In this document: positions 20,191 through 30,933 of the stretch, piece after piece | Layout: every line of letters starts with the position of its first letter | How positions within the stretch are numbered: position 1 is the first letter of the stretch | NCBI GenBank assembly: GCA_965197475.1 | Contig: CBDANF010000003.1 | Location: 3,392,001-3,456,000 of the forward strand | Length of the DNA: 64,000 bases | From: Candidatus Poribacteria bacterium | Lineage (GTDB): Bacteria > Poribacteria > WGA-4E > WGA-3G | Direction of reading: 5' to 3' | Made by a program: the position numbers and the translations under genes | Notes under the pieces: generated by a model | The model's input: only the letters and a program-made list of their open reading frames with translations | What the model was told of the DNA's origin: nothing | The model's database searches: none

Positions 20191-20602
20191 GAATAGGGGC
20201 CATTGAGAACCAATTATACAATAATTATGCAAACTCATTAACTGATATTTCTCAAAAGCACTCAGAAATCAGTATCTATCTATGGTCTCTCAATACGCGG
20301 TTATGAAAATGCTAAAAAATACTAATTGATAAACCTCCATTATGTGAAAAAAGCACTTTATTTTCAATACAAAATAGAATAAATTGTCCATTAAATGGGT
20401 TTTTTATAGGTATTTCGTATTGATGTTATTAGGTTTAGAGGAATTAGAAAAACTTCACTCATGTAAAATGTGTGTGCGTTTGTTTTCACGAAGTCAATGG
20501 TCATAGGGGTAAAAAGTTTCATTTGCACTTATTTTTTACATGAGCCGAACAATTGTGAGAAATGTCAGATTAAGATAATTTAATTTGGAGGATTAATAAA
20601 AT

Positions 20603-20818
20603 ATGGATGCAAAACTAAAAAAGATACAGATCACACCGATGAAGTTTGACAAAGACGGTGACGTGCAAAAAGAGGAATTTGCAACCCTCACAATAGAGGT
20701 TCCGATGGATAGTGCAGGGCAACGCGAAGCAATTGTGTCAGTGCTACAACTCCTTAGCCGAGAGTGGGTTGTTCTGCACGTTGAAGGTAAAACTCCTGGA
20801 GCTGTGGGAACCGCTTAG
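20603..20818 (+). CDS. Small hypothetical protein (71 aa)
   Basis: GGAGG RBS, protein-like composition, 7 bp before the next gene. Confidence 0.7.
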   Translation: MDAKLKKIQITPMKFDKDGDVQKEEFATLTIEVPMDSAGQREAIVSVLQLLSREWVVLHVEGKTPGAVGTA

Positions 20819-20825
20819 GTCAACC

Positions 20826-21959
20826 ATGAAAAAAAGTTATCTCTTTACGCCAGGTCCAACGCCAATTCCGCCAGAAGCGTTGTTAGCAATGGCGCAGCCG
20901 ATTGATTACCACCGAAGTGAAGATGCTATAGCGTTAATTAAAGACGTTTTGGAAAAACTTAAACACGTTTTTCAAACTGACAATGACGTTCTCTTCTTGA
21001 CATCGTCTGGAACAGGTGCAATGGACGGAGCAGTTGCTAATCTATTGTGCCGAGGTGATAAAGTTATAGTTATTCGAAGTGGCAAATTTGGTGAACGGTG
21101 GGCAGAAATCTGTGAGGCTTATGAGATTGAAGTTATCCCTATTGATGTTGCATGGGAAGATTCAGTCGCACCTGAAGCAGTGGAAGCACAGTTAACCACT
21201 CATCCGGACGTAAAAGCGGTTTTCGCTACACTTTGTGAAACGTCTACAGGGGCTTTGCACGACATTCAGGCACTCGCGCGTTTAACACAATCCAGTCCAA
21301 CGCTGCTTGTTGTTGATGCGGTTAGCGCACTCGGTGCAGACGATTTACAGATGGACAATTGGGGTGTTGATGTTGTCGTGTCCTGTTCACAAAAAGGTTT
21401 GATGACACCACCGGGTCTCGCTTTCGCTGCGCTGAATCGTCGTGCATGGGAAGCGGTTGATCGTTCTGACCTGCCGAAGTATTATCTTGATTTCCGCAAG
21501 GCGCATCAAAGTGGACTTGAAGGTTCAGTTCCCTATACACCAGCTATTACGCTCCTTACAGCACTGCAATGTGCGCTAAATAGAGTCTGTGTAGAGGGTA
21601 TCCGAAATACCATTTCTCGCCACAACCGTATGGCTATTGCAACACGAAGTGCTGTTAAGGCGATTGGACTGCCGCTATTCGCAACATGCCCTGCCAATAC
21701 ATTAACTTCAATCCGTTTACCTGAAGAAATTGATGGAAAAGCATTTGTTAAGATGATGCGAGAAAAACACGGCATCACGTATGCAGGTGGACAGAGTGAT
21801 TTGAGTGGTAAGATCATTCGTATTGCACACCTCGGCTGGATGAACGAAAACGATGTTATCGTTGCTATCTCTGCTTTTGAGAGGGGTTTAGCAGAAATCG
21901 GCTATGATGTTGCCCTTGGTGCGGGTGTAACCGCTGCACAAGAGGTTTTTAGAAAGTAA
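20826..21959 (+). CDS. Class V aminotransferase (alanine-glyoxylate/serine-pyruvate type)
   Basis: LFTPGPT, SSGTGAM, ETSTG, VVDAVS, SQKGL..PPG, RIAHLG; start moved to the ATG at 20826. Confidence 0.92.
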   Translation: MKKSYLFTPGPTPIPPEALLAMAQPIDYHRSEDAIALIKDVLEKLKHVFQTDNDVLFLTSSGTGAMDGAVANLLCRGDKVIVIRSGKFGERWAEICEAYEIEVIPIDVAWEDSVAPEAVEAQLTTHPDVKAVFATLCETSTGALHDIQALARLTQSSPTLLVVDAVSALGADDLQMDNWGVDVVVSCSQKGLMTPPGLAFAALNRRAWEAVDRSDLPKYYLDFRKAHQSGLEGSVPYTPAITLLTALQCALNRVCVEGIRNTISRHNRMAIATRSAVKAIGLPLFATCPANTLTSIRLPEEIDGKAFVKMMREKHGITYAGGQSDLSGKIIRIAHLGWMNENDVIVAISAFERGLAEIGYDVALGAGVTAAQEVFRK

Positions 21960-21971
21960 AGGTAATAAAAG

Positions 21972-22949
21972 ATGAATGTAGTTCCAAAAGAATTTATCCG
22001 CGTTATGCCAGATACAATGCAAGGTTTCATCAGTGAAGCTTTCCAGAAGGCAGGGACCTCGGAGGAGGGTGCTGCGCACATGGCTCACCTGCTTGTTCTC
22101 ACTGATCTGCGCGGTGTGTTCAGTCATGGCACGTGGCAAACGCCGGGATATGTGGGAATGATGCTTGACGGCAAAGTAAATCCACGTCCAAACGTCCGAT
22201 GCATTGATGAATCCCCGACGACGGCGGTCTATGACGGCGATGGCGGTATGGGACATTTTGCTTCGTATCATGCTGCAAAGGCAGCGGTCAAAAAAGCCAA
22301 AGAGATGGGATTAGGTGCTGCAACGAGTCGGAATCACTTCCACTTTGGGAGTGCTGGCAAGTATTCACGGCTCGCGCTTGAAGCGGATTGCGCCGGGTTT
22401 GCCGTCTCTTGCCACCGTTTTCGCCACAGCCCTGGCGGTGTGATTGCCACCGCAACTGGAGCTTCGCCGATGAGTTTTGCGATTCCGGCGGGCAACCAGC
22501 CGCCCATAGTCGCCGATATGGCAACCGGCATTGATGCCAGGCTGCCGTTAGAACAGGCGTTTGAACAGAGTCCCGCTGCGTTCTTCAAGATGTTGGGTTT
22601 GAGTCATGTGAGTCATGCACTCGGGGGGTTTATGGCAGGCATCTGGCTATTTGATAAGCCTCCAGATCCCCCAACAATCTGGGAAGGTGCCAATCAAGGT
22701 GCTTTCATTGCAGCGATTGATATTTCCCGGTTCCGACCAATTGACGAGTATAAAGCGGAGATCGACCAACATATTTACGATGCACGACAGATGCGACCTG
22801 CACCGGGTTATGACCGAGCGGATCTGCCCGGTGGATTAGAATGGGAGCGCGAACGGGAATGGGCAGAAATCGGCATTCCGGTTGGCGAGGCACATCAGGA
22901 ACAGTTGAAAACAGTTGCTGAACGAGTTGGCATTCCTCTACCATTCTAA
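21972..22949 (+). CDS. Ldh_2 family (malate/L-lactate/sulfolactate-type) oxidoreductase
   Basis: DLRGVFSHG, DGDGGMGH, NHFHFG, DMAT, LPG..E. Confidence 0.88.
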   Translation: MNVVPKEFIRVMPDTMQGFISEAFQKAGTSEEGAAHMAHLLVLTDLRGVFSHGTWQTPGYVGMMLDGKVNPRPNVRCIDESPTTAVYDGDGGMGHFASYHAAKAAVKKAKEMGLGAATSRNHFHFGSAGKYSRLALEADCAGFAVSCHRFRHSPGGVIATATGASPMSFAIPAGNQPPIVADMATGIDARLPLEQAFEQSPAAFFKMLGLSHVSHALGGFMAGIWLFDKPPDPPTIWEGANQGAFIAAIDISRFRPIDEYKAEIDQHIYDARQMRPAPGYDRADLPGGLEWEREREWAEIGIPVGEAHQEQLKTVAERVGIPLPF

Positions 22950-23092
22950 ATGCTGACTTCTATTTTATTAACCCTACTTTAATTAGTGGGAACATGCTTG
23001 ATACATAGGACTGATGGAAGAATAGTAGAAAGGAAAGGGAACAATGCGTCTATTCTCATTTACTTCTTGACTTCACACTTCCCGATAAGAAT

Positions 23093-24367
23093 ATGTCTGA
23101 AACCACACTATTTGATGTCTCTTATGAACAGCGAAAAAAACCACTGCTGACTCAAACGTTGGAAAGACTCCGCCCCATCTACAGCAAGTCAGAACTTAAC
23201 GTCTTACGGATAGACAGCACAAGTCGAGAAGGGTTATCGCAACGTTCAGGGCGGGGGTTTGTCAATCGTGACATTCTTGAAACCGTTCTGGGAAATCTAT
23301 TGGAATGCGTTGCCCCAGGATCTCACAATGCCCCACATCTTTTTAACCAAAAACGTGAACTTTCGGAAGCGATCGAAGAGGTAGCAGATCAGTTGTATGC
23401 GATGGTCGCACAATCGTTTTTGGCAGTTACGGACGAAACACATCTGGGTGTTGCCCTTGAAACTGCTTTTTCACTCCTCTGGGAACTGCCTCGACTCAAA
23501 AGTCGCGCACTTTGGAATCGTTTCGCATCCCTCAAAGATCCGGCTGTCTGGGATGCGTATCTCCTACATAACGGTATCTCTCGCGAAAAACTTGCAGCTC
23601 TTGATTTCCGTTCCCAAATTGACAACGCAATTAAGGAACGAAGTTTTGACCCATATCAAGATTTTCTCGGCACTTTGAATCTTGCTTCCGTTTTTGAATA
23701 TCAACTTCAACTGGTAGTCAGCACTTATCCTGGGTGGCGCGTGCTATTCTACCACGATGTGGCACACGCTTTGACGCGTAGCGAACCACCGGATGATAAT
23801 CCAGACCTCCACAGAATCCCGGTTCCGTTGTTACCGCGTGCTATTTCGGAACTCGGCGGTCGTTATTACCAAGCCGATTTACATCCAGAAACCCAGATAG
23901 GCGATGCCAATCTATTAGAACATCCACATCGTGGTGTTACGACCGGTCAAACTGGTATTATCGGTTCTGGGTGCGTTATCTACCCTTGCACACTTGGGGG
24001 GTTGAGTGTGAAAGTGAAGCAACGACACCCAGTCATCGGCGACTTCGTGGAGATAGGCACAGATACAAGCCTCCTCGGGCCAGTCCAAATTGCTGACCGC
24101 ACGACTATCGGGACAAATACCGAGATTTACGGGTTTGTTGAAATTGATCAACGGTGTCGTATTGGTTCATCGGTTGTCATCGGAACTATCCGCGGTGCAG
24201 CAGAACATCCTGGGAAAATTATGATTGGAGATGAAGTGCGTATCGGTGACGGCACTGTTATTGAAAATACATCTGAAATGGATTTGATTATACCGACACG
24301 GGCGCAGATTCCTGCACGAAGCCACGTGGCAAATGATGGCTTTGGGTTTCCCAGATATGTAACATAA
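23093..24367 (+). CDS. Serine O-acetyltransferase-like hexapeptide-repeat protein with long N-terminal region
   Basis: DLHPETQIG, TLGG....RHPVIGDFVEIG...LLGPVQI, extra left-handed beta-helix repeats. Confidence 0.65.
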   Translation: MSETTLFDVSYEQRKKPLLTQTLERLRPIYSKSELNVLRIDSTSREGLSQRSGRGFVNRDILETVLGNLLECVAPGSHNAPHLFNQKRELSEAIEEVADQLYAMVAQSFLAVTDETHLGVALETAFSLLWELPRLKSRALWNRFASLKDPAVWDAYLLHNGISREKLAALDFRSQIDNAIKERSFDPYQDFLGTLNLASVFEYQLQLVVSTYPGWRVLFYHDVAHALTRSEPPDDNPDLHRIPVPLLPRAISELGGRYYQADLHPETQIGDANLLEHPHRGVTTGQTGIIGSGCVIYPCTLGGLSVKVKQRHPVIGDFVEIGTDTSLLGPVQIADRTTIGTNTEIYGFVEIDQRCRIGSSVVIGTIRGAAEHPGKIMIGDEVRIGDGTVIENTSEMDLIIPTRAQIPARSHVANDGFGFPRYVT

Positions 24368-24487
24368 AAATGTATTTGAGTTTACAGTATCAAGGTTACA
24401 GACCTCTCCCACCAGATCACTTATATGTTAGGATTATACCATCTCCTGTAAGATTGAAAATAGAATAGAGGTTAAGACGGACGAAAT

Positions 24488-26071
24488 ATGAAGAAAATTG
24501 AACGCGCGCTCATCAGCACTTATGACAAAACGGATCTCATAGAGATCGCAAATGTGCTTGTGGAATGCGGTGTTGAAATCCTTTCCACTAGCGGTACAGC
24601 CCGACACCTCCGTGAGACTGGAATTGAACTCATTGATGTCTCTGACTATACCGGTTTTCCTGAAATGTTAGACGGAAGAGTTAAGACACTTCACCCTAAA
24701 ATCCATGGCGGATTGTTGGCGAAATGGGACAATTTGGAACACGCAGCGCAGGCAAAAGATAACGGCATAAAACCGATCGACATGGTGATTTGCAACCTCT
24801 ATCCGTTTGAAGCAACCGTTGCTAAACCCGATGTCACACTTGAGGAAGCAATTGAAAATATTGACATCGGCGGACCGACAATGATTCGCGCTGCAGCAAA
24901 AAATTACAGGCACGTTGCAGTCCTCACAAATCCCAATCAATATCCACGAATTATTGCTGATTTAGATGCCAACGATGCATGTCTATCCGAAGCGGGACGA
25001 TTTGAGTTAGCAAAAACAGCGTTTCTCCACACCGCACATTACGACAACGCAATTTCTACCTATCTTACCAATTTGGAAACAGATGGAGAATTCAGCGATA
25101 TTCTGACGCTCCGTTTTCAGAAAGCTGAATCGTTAAGATACGGTGAAAATCCGCACCAAAGTGCTGCTTTCTATAAGACTGAAACTGCACCTGCGCCATG
25201 TGCTGCATGGGCAAAGCAGCTGAATGGATCACCGCTATCGTTCAACAACATTCTTGATTTAGATGCCGCCTTAGAGATTGTTAAGGACTTTAAAACCCCT
25301 ACCTGTGCAATCATCAAGCATAATAATCCGTGCGGGCTTGCGACTGCAGGCAACCTACAAGATGCCTTTATAAACGCCCTTGAATGTGATAGAACTTCTG
25401 CTTTCGGTTCAATTGTCGGTTTAAATCGAAAAGTGACAATTCAGACAGCAAACACGATTCGCGATGCTGCAAAATCAGGAGTGAAAATTGAAGCGATAAT
25501 CGCGCCGAGTTACACCGAAAAAGCATTGCGTGCATTGTCTCGTGTTGAAAACCGCCGGATCCTTGAAACAGGACCGTTGCATAATAGTAGGCACACTCCG
25601 TGTGCCGTAACAAATCCCATGCAAATGCGTAATGTAACCGGCGGCGTGCTTGTTCAAGAACAGGATACGCATAACATTGAAAAAAGTGGCTTACAATTTG
25701 TCACTAAACGTAAACCCACGGACAAAGAGATAGAATCTTTACTTTTTGCCTGGAAGGCATGTAAGCATGTCAAATCCAACTGTATCCTGCTTGCTCAGGA
25801 CACACAAACGGTCGGCATCGGTGCGGGACAGATGAGCCGTGTAGATGCTGCTATTATTGCTGTCCGGAAGGCGGGTGAAAAGGCAAAAGACTCAGTTTTA
25901 GCTTCTGATGCCTTCTTTCCATTCCCTGACGGTGTTGAAATTGCTGGAGAGGCTGGCATCCGTGCAGTCATTCAACCCGGTGGCTCAGTAAACGATGCGG
26001 CTGTGATTGAGACTGCGGACGCTTACGGTATGGCAATGGTGTTGACAGGTGTTAGACATTTCCGACATTAA
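24488..26071 (+). CDS. purH: Bifunctional AICAR formyltransferase / IMP cyclohydrolase
   Basis: [51 protein letters not shown]. Confidence 0.97.
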   Translation: MKKIERALISTYDKTDLIEIANVLVECGVEILSTSGTARHLRETGIELIDVSDYTGFPEMLDGRVKTLHPKIHGGLLAKWDNLEHAAQAKDNGIKPIDMVICNLYPFEATVAKPDVTLEEAIENIDIGGPTMIRAAAKNYRHVAVLTNPNQYPRIIADLDANDACLSEAGRFELAKTAFLHTAHYDNAISTYLTNLETDGEFSDILTLRFQKAESLRYGENPHQSAAFYKTETAPAPCAAWAKQLNGSPLSFNNILDLDAALEIVKDFKTPTCAIIKHNNPCGLATAGNLQDAFINALECDRTSAFGSIVGLNRKVTIQTANTIRDAAKSGVKIEAIIAPSYTEKALRALSRVENRRILETGPLHNSRHTPCAVTNPMQMRNVTGGVLVQEQDTHNIEKSGLQFVTKRKPTDKEIESLLFAWKACKHVKSNCILLAQDTQTVGIGAGQMSRVDAAIIAVRKAGEKAKDSVLASDAFFPFPDGVEIAGEAGIRAVIQPGGSVNDAAVIETADAYGMAMVLTGVRHFRH

Positions 26072-26195
26072 TTCTGAAATTGTTTGATTATATTCAGTTT
26101 TGTGGTATACTTCAAAAAAGATAGAACACCACTTACAGAGGTGTATTAATCTGCTTGCCTATCGTTAAAATATTTTTTGCGCAGGAAAATGAAAA

Positions 26196-27368
26196 TTGCC
26201 TACCACATTCTCACTCCCTCCTACAATCATTACAGGTGCTGGTGCATCTAAAAAAGTCGGTGAACAAGCAAAACGACTCGGTGCTACGAACGCACTCATC
26301 GTAACAGACCCAGGCATTGCCAAAATTGGATATACCGACCAAATTGCCCAATACTTGCACAATGCTGAAATAGCCACCTCTATCTTTTCTGATGTCACAC
26401 CCGACCCAACGTTACATAACGTTACGGACGGACTAAAGCAATACCTTGCCGAAAACTGCAATGTGATAATAAGTCTCGGTGGAGGCAGCGCGATTGACTG
26501 CGGAAAAGGCATCGCCATGAAACTCACCAACGATGGCGAATTTGCTGACTATATGGGTGTGGACAAAATCCCCAATCCAGGTGCTCCATTGATTGCGATC
26601 CCTACTACCGCTGGTACAGGAAGCGAAGTTTCTAAAGTCACCGTTGTTACTGATACAGATCGTAATGTCAAAATGATGCTGAGTAGTGCGTGTTTACTTG
26701 CATCTGTTGCACTGGTCGATCCGTTGTTATCCCTCACAACCCCGCCGCACCTGACTGCTGCTGTTGGCGTTGATGCCTTGACACATGCAATAGAGGCATA
26801 CATCTCAAAACGCGCCCAACTGATGACAGATGCACTCGCATTGAAAGCAATCGGATTGATTTCAGGTTCATTGCGACAAGCATGGGCAGATGGAGAAAAC
26901 ATCCCCGCCCGAACAGATATGATGCTCGGTGCGTCAATTGCAGGTATGGCGTTCAGCAATTCATCTGTGGCATTAGTCCACGGCATGTCCCGACCCATCG
27001 GTGCATATTTCCATATTCATCACGGTTTATCAAACGCTGTGCTGCTGCTTGATGTGATGGAGTTTAGCGTTGTCGGTGCGCCAAAACGTTTTGCTGATAT
27101 TGCGCAAGCAATGGGTGAACCGATTGAAGGATTGTCCCCGATGAAACAAGCAGATGCAGCGATTTCGGCAGTGGAACGTCTTGTCAACGATATACAAATG
27201 CCGCGTCTTGGAGAAATTGGTATTGATGGAGAGAAGTTTGAGCAGGTTATTGATCAGATGGCAATTGATGCAATTGCAAGCGGGAGTCCAGCAAACAATC
27301 CTCGTCAAGCTTCGGCAGAAGAGATAGTGGCACTGTATCGGAAATGCTTCTCCCAACGAAGTACATAG
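26196..27368 (+). CDS. Iron-containing alcohol dehydrogenase
   Basis: GGGSAID, PTTAGTGSE, DALTHAIE, HHGLSNA; ATG at 26189 is one base out of frame across an A4 run. Confidence 0.92.
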   Translation: MPTTFSLPPTIITGAGASKKVGEQAKRLGATNALIVTDPGIAKIGYTDQIAQYLHNAEIATSIFSDVTPDPTLHNVTDGLKQYLAENCNVIISLGGGSAIDCGKGIAMKLTNDGEFADYMGVDKIPNPGAPLIAIPTTAGTGSEVSKVTVVTDTDRNVKMMLSSACLLASVALVDPLLSLTTPPHLTAAVGVDALTHAIEAYISKRAQLMTDALALKAIGLISGSLRQAWADGENIPARTDMMLGASIAGMAFSNSSVALVHGMSRPIGAYFHIHHGLSNAVLLLDVMEFSVVGAPKRFADIAQAMGEPIEGLSPMKQADAAISAVERLVNDIQMPRLGEIGIDGEKFEQVIDQMAIDAIASGSPANNPRQASAEEIVALYRKCFSQRST

Positions 27369-27447
27369 ATACGCAAGGTTTGCACATACCGAAGTAAATT
27401 TAAAAGTGTTCTGAAGTTTAAAACTAAAGGCGTGTAAGAACAGAATA

Positions 27448-29004
27448 ATGGCACAAGTACCAATTATTGAGATGCGCGGCATCGGTAAACGATTTGGACA
27501 GGTACAAGCTAACGATGCCGTAGATTTTACGCTACAGCGCGGTGAAATACACGCTATTGTTGGAGAGAACGGCGCAGGTAAATCTACGTTGATGAAAATC
27601 CTTTACGGATTATATCAATCGGACGAAGGGGAAATCTATGTTGATAGACAACCTGTTACTATCCCAACACCGCGGCGAGCAATGCGTCTCGGTTTAGGAA
27701 TGATTCAGCAACATTTTACATTAATTCCTGCTTTCACTGCACTTCAAAACATTATCCTCGCAAAAGAGACATGTAAATTCGGAACCCTCCTGGATTATCA
27801 AAAGGCTGAAGATGAAGTAACAGAACTCGCTGAACAAGTTGGGTTTGATGTGCCTTTGAACACTCCTATAGAATCCCTACCCATTGGCGCACAACAACAC
27901 ACAGAAATCCTAAAAGTCCTTTACCACGGTGCCGAAATCTTGATTATGGATGAACCGACTGCTGTGCTTGTCCCACAAGAGATTGAGGGGTTGTTTGAAT
28001 GCATGCGTAGTCTTAAAAAAGAGGGTAAGAGCATAATCATCATAACCCATAAACTTGATGAAGTGATGACGATAGCCGATACTGTTACCGTGATGCGCCG
28101 CGGGAAAGCCGTGGCGACATCTTCTATTTCCGATACTAATCCAAATCTGTTGGCGGAACTAATACTTGGCGAACCAGTCCTTCAAAGCTCAATAGAGCGA
28201 AAGGAAATCGACCAAGAAAATCCTATGCTACACTTAGAAGATGTAAAGTTAAAAGCTGGGACAGGTAAAAACCTACTTGATGGAATTAACCTTGATGTTT
28301 TCTCAGGTGAAATTGTTGGAATAGCAGGTGTAGAAGGAAACGGGCAAACGGAACTGATTGAAGTGCTTACGGGGTTGAAACATATTCAGCATGGGAAAAT
28401 CACCTTAAACGGAGAATCTGTCATCAACGCATCACCAGCAGAATTCCGAGAAAAACACGTCGCGCATCTGCCTGCAGATAGACATCGCCACGGGGTTAGT
28501 CTAAATAACCGAATTGATGAAAATTTTATTATTGGGAAACATAAACAGAAACTGTTTTCTCATAACGCAATGCTAAATGCAAAAAACATCCAACGATTTA
28601 CGATAAACGCATTGGACAGATACCAGATTCGAGCTGGAAATATTGCAGAACCGATCAAAACGCTCTCCGGCGGAAATCAGCAGAAGGTTGTCGTTGCCCG
28701 TGAATTGTCCGGCGATCCTTCCCTTATCATTGCTGCACACCCGACGCGTGGTCTGGACGTTCATGCTGCGAAATTTGTTCATACACGTCTTATTCAGGCA
28801 CGTAACCGTGGAAAATCAGTTTTACTTGTGTCCTCTGAATTGGAGGAACTACTTCACCTCAGCGATAGGATAGCGGTTATGTACAATGGCAAAATTGCTG
28901 GAATTGTCATACCTGCCGCTGATGATGAACTTGCCAGTGATTTGCAGGAAACAGATAAGCAGAAACTCGGTGCCTTAATGCTTGGATTGTCTTTAGAACA
29001 TTAG
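27448..29004 (+). CDS. ABC transporter ATP-binding protein (nucleoside/sugar CUT2 type, two NBDs)
   Basis: GENGAGKST, MDEPTAVL, GVEGNGQ, LSGGNQQK, PTRGLD. Confidence 0.93.
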   Translation: MAQVPIIEMRGIGKRFGQVQANDAVDFTLQRGEIHAIVGENGAGKSTLMKILYGLYQSDEGEIYVDRQPVTIPTPRRAMRLGLGMIQQHFTLIPAFTALQNIILAKETCKFGTLLDYQKAEDEVTELAEQVGFDVPLNTPIESLPIGAQQHTEILKVLYHGAEILIMDEPTAVLVPQEIEGLFECMRSLKKEGKSIIIITHKLDEVMTIADTVTVMRRGKAVATSSISDTNPNLLAELILGEPVLQSSIERKEIDQENPMLHLEDVKLKAGTGKNLLDGINLDVFSGEIVGIAGVEGNGQTELIEVLTGLKHIQHGKITLNGESVINASPAEFREKHVAHLPADRHRHGVSLNNRIDENFIIGKHKQKLFSHNAMLNAKNIQRFTINALDRYQIRAGNIAEPIKTLSGGNQQKVVVARELSGDPSLIIAAHPTRGLDVHAAKFVHTRLIQARNRGKSVLLVSSELEELLHLSDRIAVMYNGKIAGIVIPAADDELASDLQETDKQKLGALMLGLSLEH

Positions 29005-29060
29005 CACACTCAGTGGTTAGCATTTTGATAAAACAGCACCTTAACTTTGAGGAAACAACA

Positions 29061-29909
29061 ATGATAATTGATTCTCATACACACGCATGGCCCCGCTGGC
29101 CTTACCAACCTCCTGTCCCTGATGATGAAAGCCGTGGAATAGTTGAACAACTCCTCCATGAAATGGATTTGCACAACGTTGATCAGGCAGTCCTTATCTG
29201 TGCACGCATTGATAGAAATATCGACAATAACGACTATGCTGCGGAATGTGTTAAACGCTATCCTGAACGACTTATTCAGTTCGCCGATGTAGATTGTTCT
29301 TGGACAGAAACATATCACACCGATGGCGCAGCTGAGCGGCTCAAAACCGAAGTGGAGAGATATAAACTCAAAGGTTACACCCACTACCTCAGAGGCGATG
29401 ACGATGGCAGTTGGTTCTTTTCGGAAGAGGGACAACGTTTCTTTCAAACAACAGCAGAACTTAGACTAATTGCAAGCATCGCTATGGGAAGTCATCAACA
29501 CGTTCCGCTCCGTAAATTAGCAGCACAGTTCCCCAAGGTTCCCTTTCTGTGCCATCACATGGCTGGTGCGCGGGCAGGTGAGGAACATCCTTACCCGCAA
29601 CTCAAAGAAGTGCTTGCATCTGCAAATGTTCCAAATATCCACGTGAAGATGTCGGGGTTTGCTTATGTCTCACAGGTTTCGTGGGACTATCCGTATTCGG
29701 ATACACACTGGATTGTTCGTGCGCTTTATGAACATTTTGGTCCTGGTCGCCTGTGTTGGGGATCAGACTATCCGGTAGTCCGCAATTTTATGACCTATCA
29801 ACACGCACTTGAGGCGTTCCGCACCCATTGCACCTTTATCCCTGAAACCGACAAAGCGGAAATATTAGGTGGAACCCTTCACAGATTGTTATCTGAAGCA
29901 GGATTATAG
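29061..29909 (+). CDS. Amidohydrolase_2 family protein
   Basis: IIDSHTHAW, HHMA, VKMSG, FGPGRLCWGSDYP, ILGGT. Confidence 0.88.
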   Translation: MIIDSHTHAWPRWPYQPPVPDDESRGIVEQLLHEMDLHNVDQAVLICARIDRNIDNNDYAAECVKRYPERLIQFADVDCSWTETYHTDGAAERLKTEVERYKLKGYTHYLRGDDDGSWFFSEEGQRFFQTTAELRLIASIAMGSHQHVPLRKLAAQFPKVPFLCHHMAGARAGEEHPYPQLKEVLASANVPNIHVKMSGFAYVSQVSWDYPYSDTHWIVRALYEHFGPGRLCWGSDYPVVRNFMTYQHALEAFRTHCTFIPETDKAEILGGTLHRLLSEAGL

Positions 29910-30012
29910 TTTTCTTGATTTTTTAATAACATTCTGGTATAATAAAATTAAAAGAGCAGTTCCGTTTTAGCATTTAGAAAGGCGAATCTGAAATCAGAAG
30001 GGAGAAATTGTT

Positions 30013-30666
30013 ATGAAAAGGATCATTGTTTTTACAACCTTGGCACTTATCCTAATATCTGGGTTTGCAATTGCTACAGAAAACCCGATTGTGCAAGGTG
30101 AGTATATAGAAGCCCGGTCAGCAAGTGTTTATGTCGGCGCATGCCATTTCGGTGCGGAATTTGTGGAAGGTGGTAAAGAGGCAACACTTGTTTGGAACAT
30201 CCATAATGGCAGTTGGAACAACGTCGCATTAGATGGATTAACCGTTGTTGCTGTTGTCAGTGCCAAAAACAATTTGGCGATTGATACAAAGACACGCAAG
30301 AGTGTATTGTATGTGGACGCAAAAGCCACACCAGAACAACGCGCTGCGCTCACCAATATGCTTGTCACGAAACGTTCTGATGTTCTCGGTAAAGTTGTCG
30401 CAACGCAAATCGCCCCCACCACATTTACCAAAAAAGGAACAAAATACGATGTGACGGTTGGGAAAGTGTTTACATTATCTGCGAATCGTTATCCGTGCGC
30501 CAAATGCACACAACCCCACCAAATTTGGTATGAACCGTTAACAACAGTTCAAAATGCGATTGTGGGAAAATCTGAAATCTATCGCTATAAAGATACGCAC
30601 TTGCCAGTTAATTGGCAGCAAGGCGATGCAGCCAATAACGTCTTTGTCGGTAGTTTTTCGATGTAA
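30013..30666 (+). CDS. Secreted DUF1326-like protein
   Basis: Signal peptide; GEYIEAR...GACH, I..G....V.LDGL, YVD..ATPEQRAAL. Confidence 0.7.
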   Translation: MKRIIVFTTLALILISGFAIATENPIVQGEYIEARSASVYVGACHFGAEFVEGGKEATLVWNIHNGSWNNVALDGLTVVAVVSAKNNLAIDTKTRKSVLYVDAKATPEQRAALTNMLVTKRSDVLGKVVATQIAPTTFTKKGTKYDVTVGKVFTLSANRYPCAKCTQPHQIWYEPLTTVQNAIVGKSEIYRYKDTHLPVNWQQGDAANNVFVGSFSM

Positions 30667-30674
30667 CGTATCAA

Positions 30675-30708
30675 CGTCTGTAGTTGCCTTGTGGGGTAAC
30701 TACAGACG
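30675..30708. repeat. Long hairpin (REP-like or terminator)
   Basis: CGTCTGTAGTTGCC...GGTAACTACAGACG immediately after the stop codon. Confidence 0.6.
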
Positions 30709-30896
30709 CTATTTACACGCATCATAATCGTGGTTTTATAACTTGCCCCTTGATATCCTCCTCTTTTTCTAAACTTTTAGTTCAATATGGTACGGTTTTT
30801 ACAAACCATTGGCATACTACGTCTAATGAAATAATACCATATAAATTTACGCAATGAGTAGTTTTGGACTTGATAAATTTGAGAAAAATTTTTCAC

Positions 30897-30925
30897 TTGA
30901 CAAAATCCTGCCAGTATAGTATCCT
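30897..30925 (+). promoter_or_regulatory. Sigma70-type promoter inside the IS1595 left end
   Basis: TTGACA-17 bp-TATCCT. Confidence 0.6.
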
Positions 30926-30933
30926 ATTAACAT

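Noticed and set aside
20712-20825. N-terminal extension of the aminotransferase in the ORF track
   Set aside because: Overlaps the 71-aa gene; family homology begins at MKKSYLFTPGP (20826).
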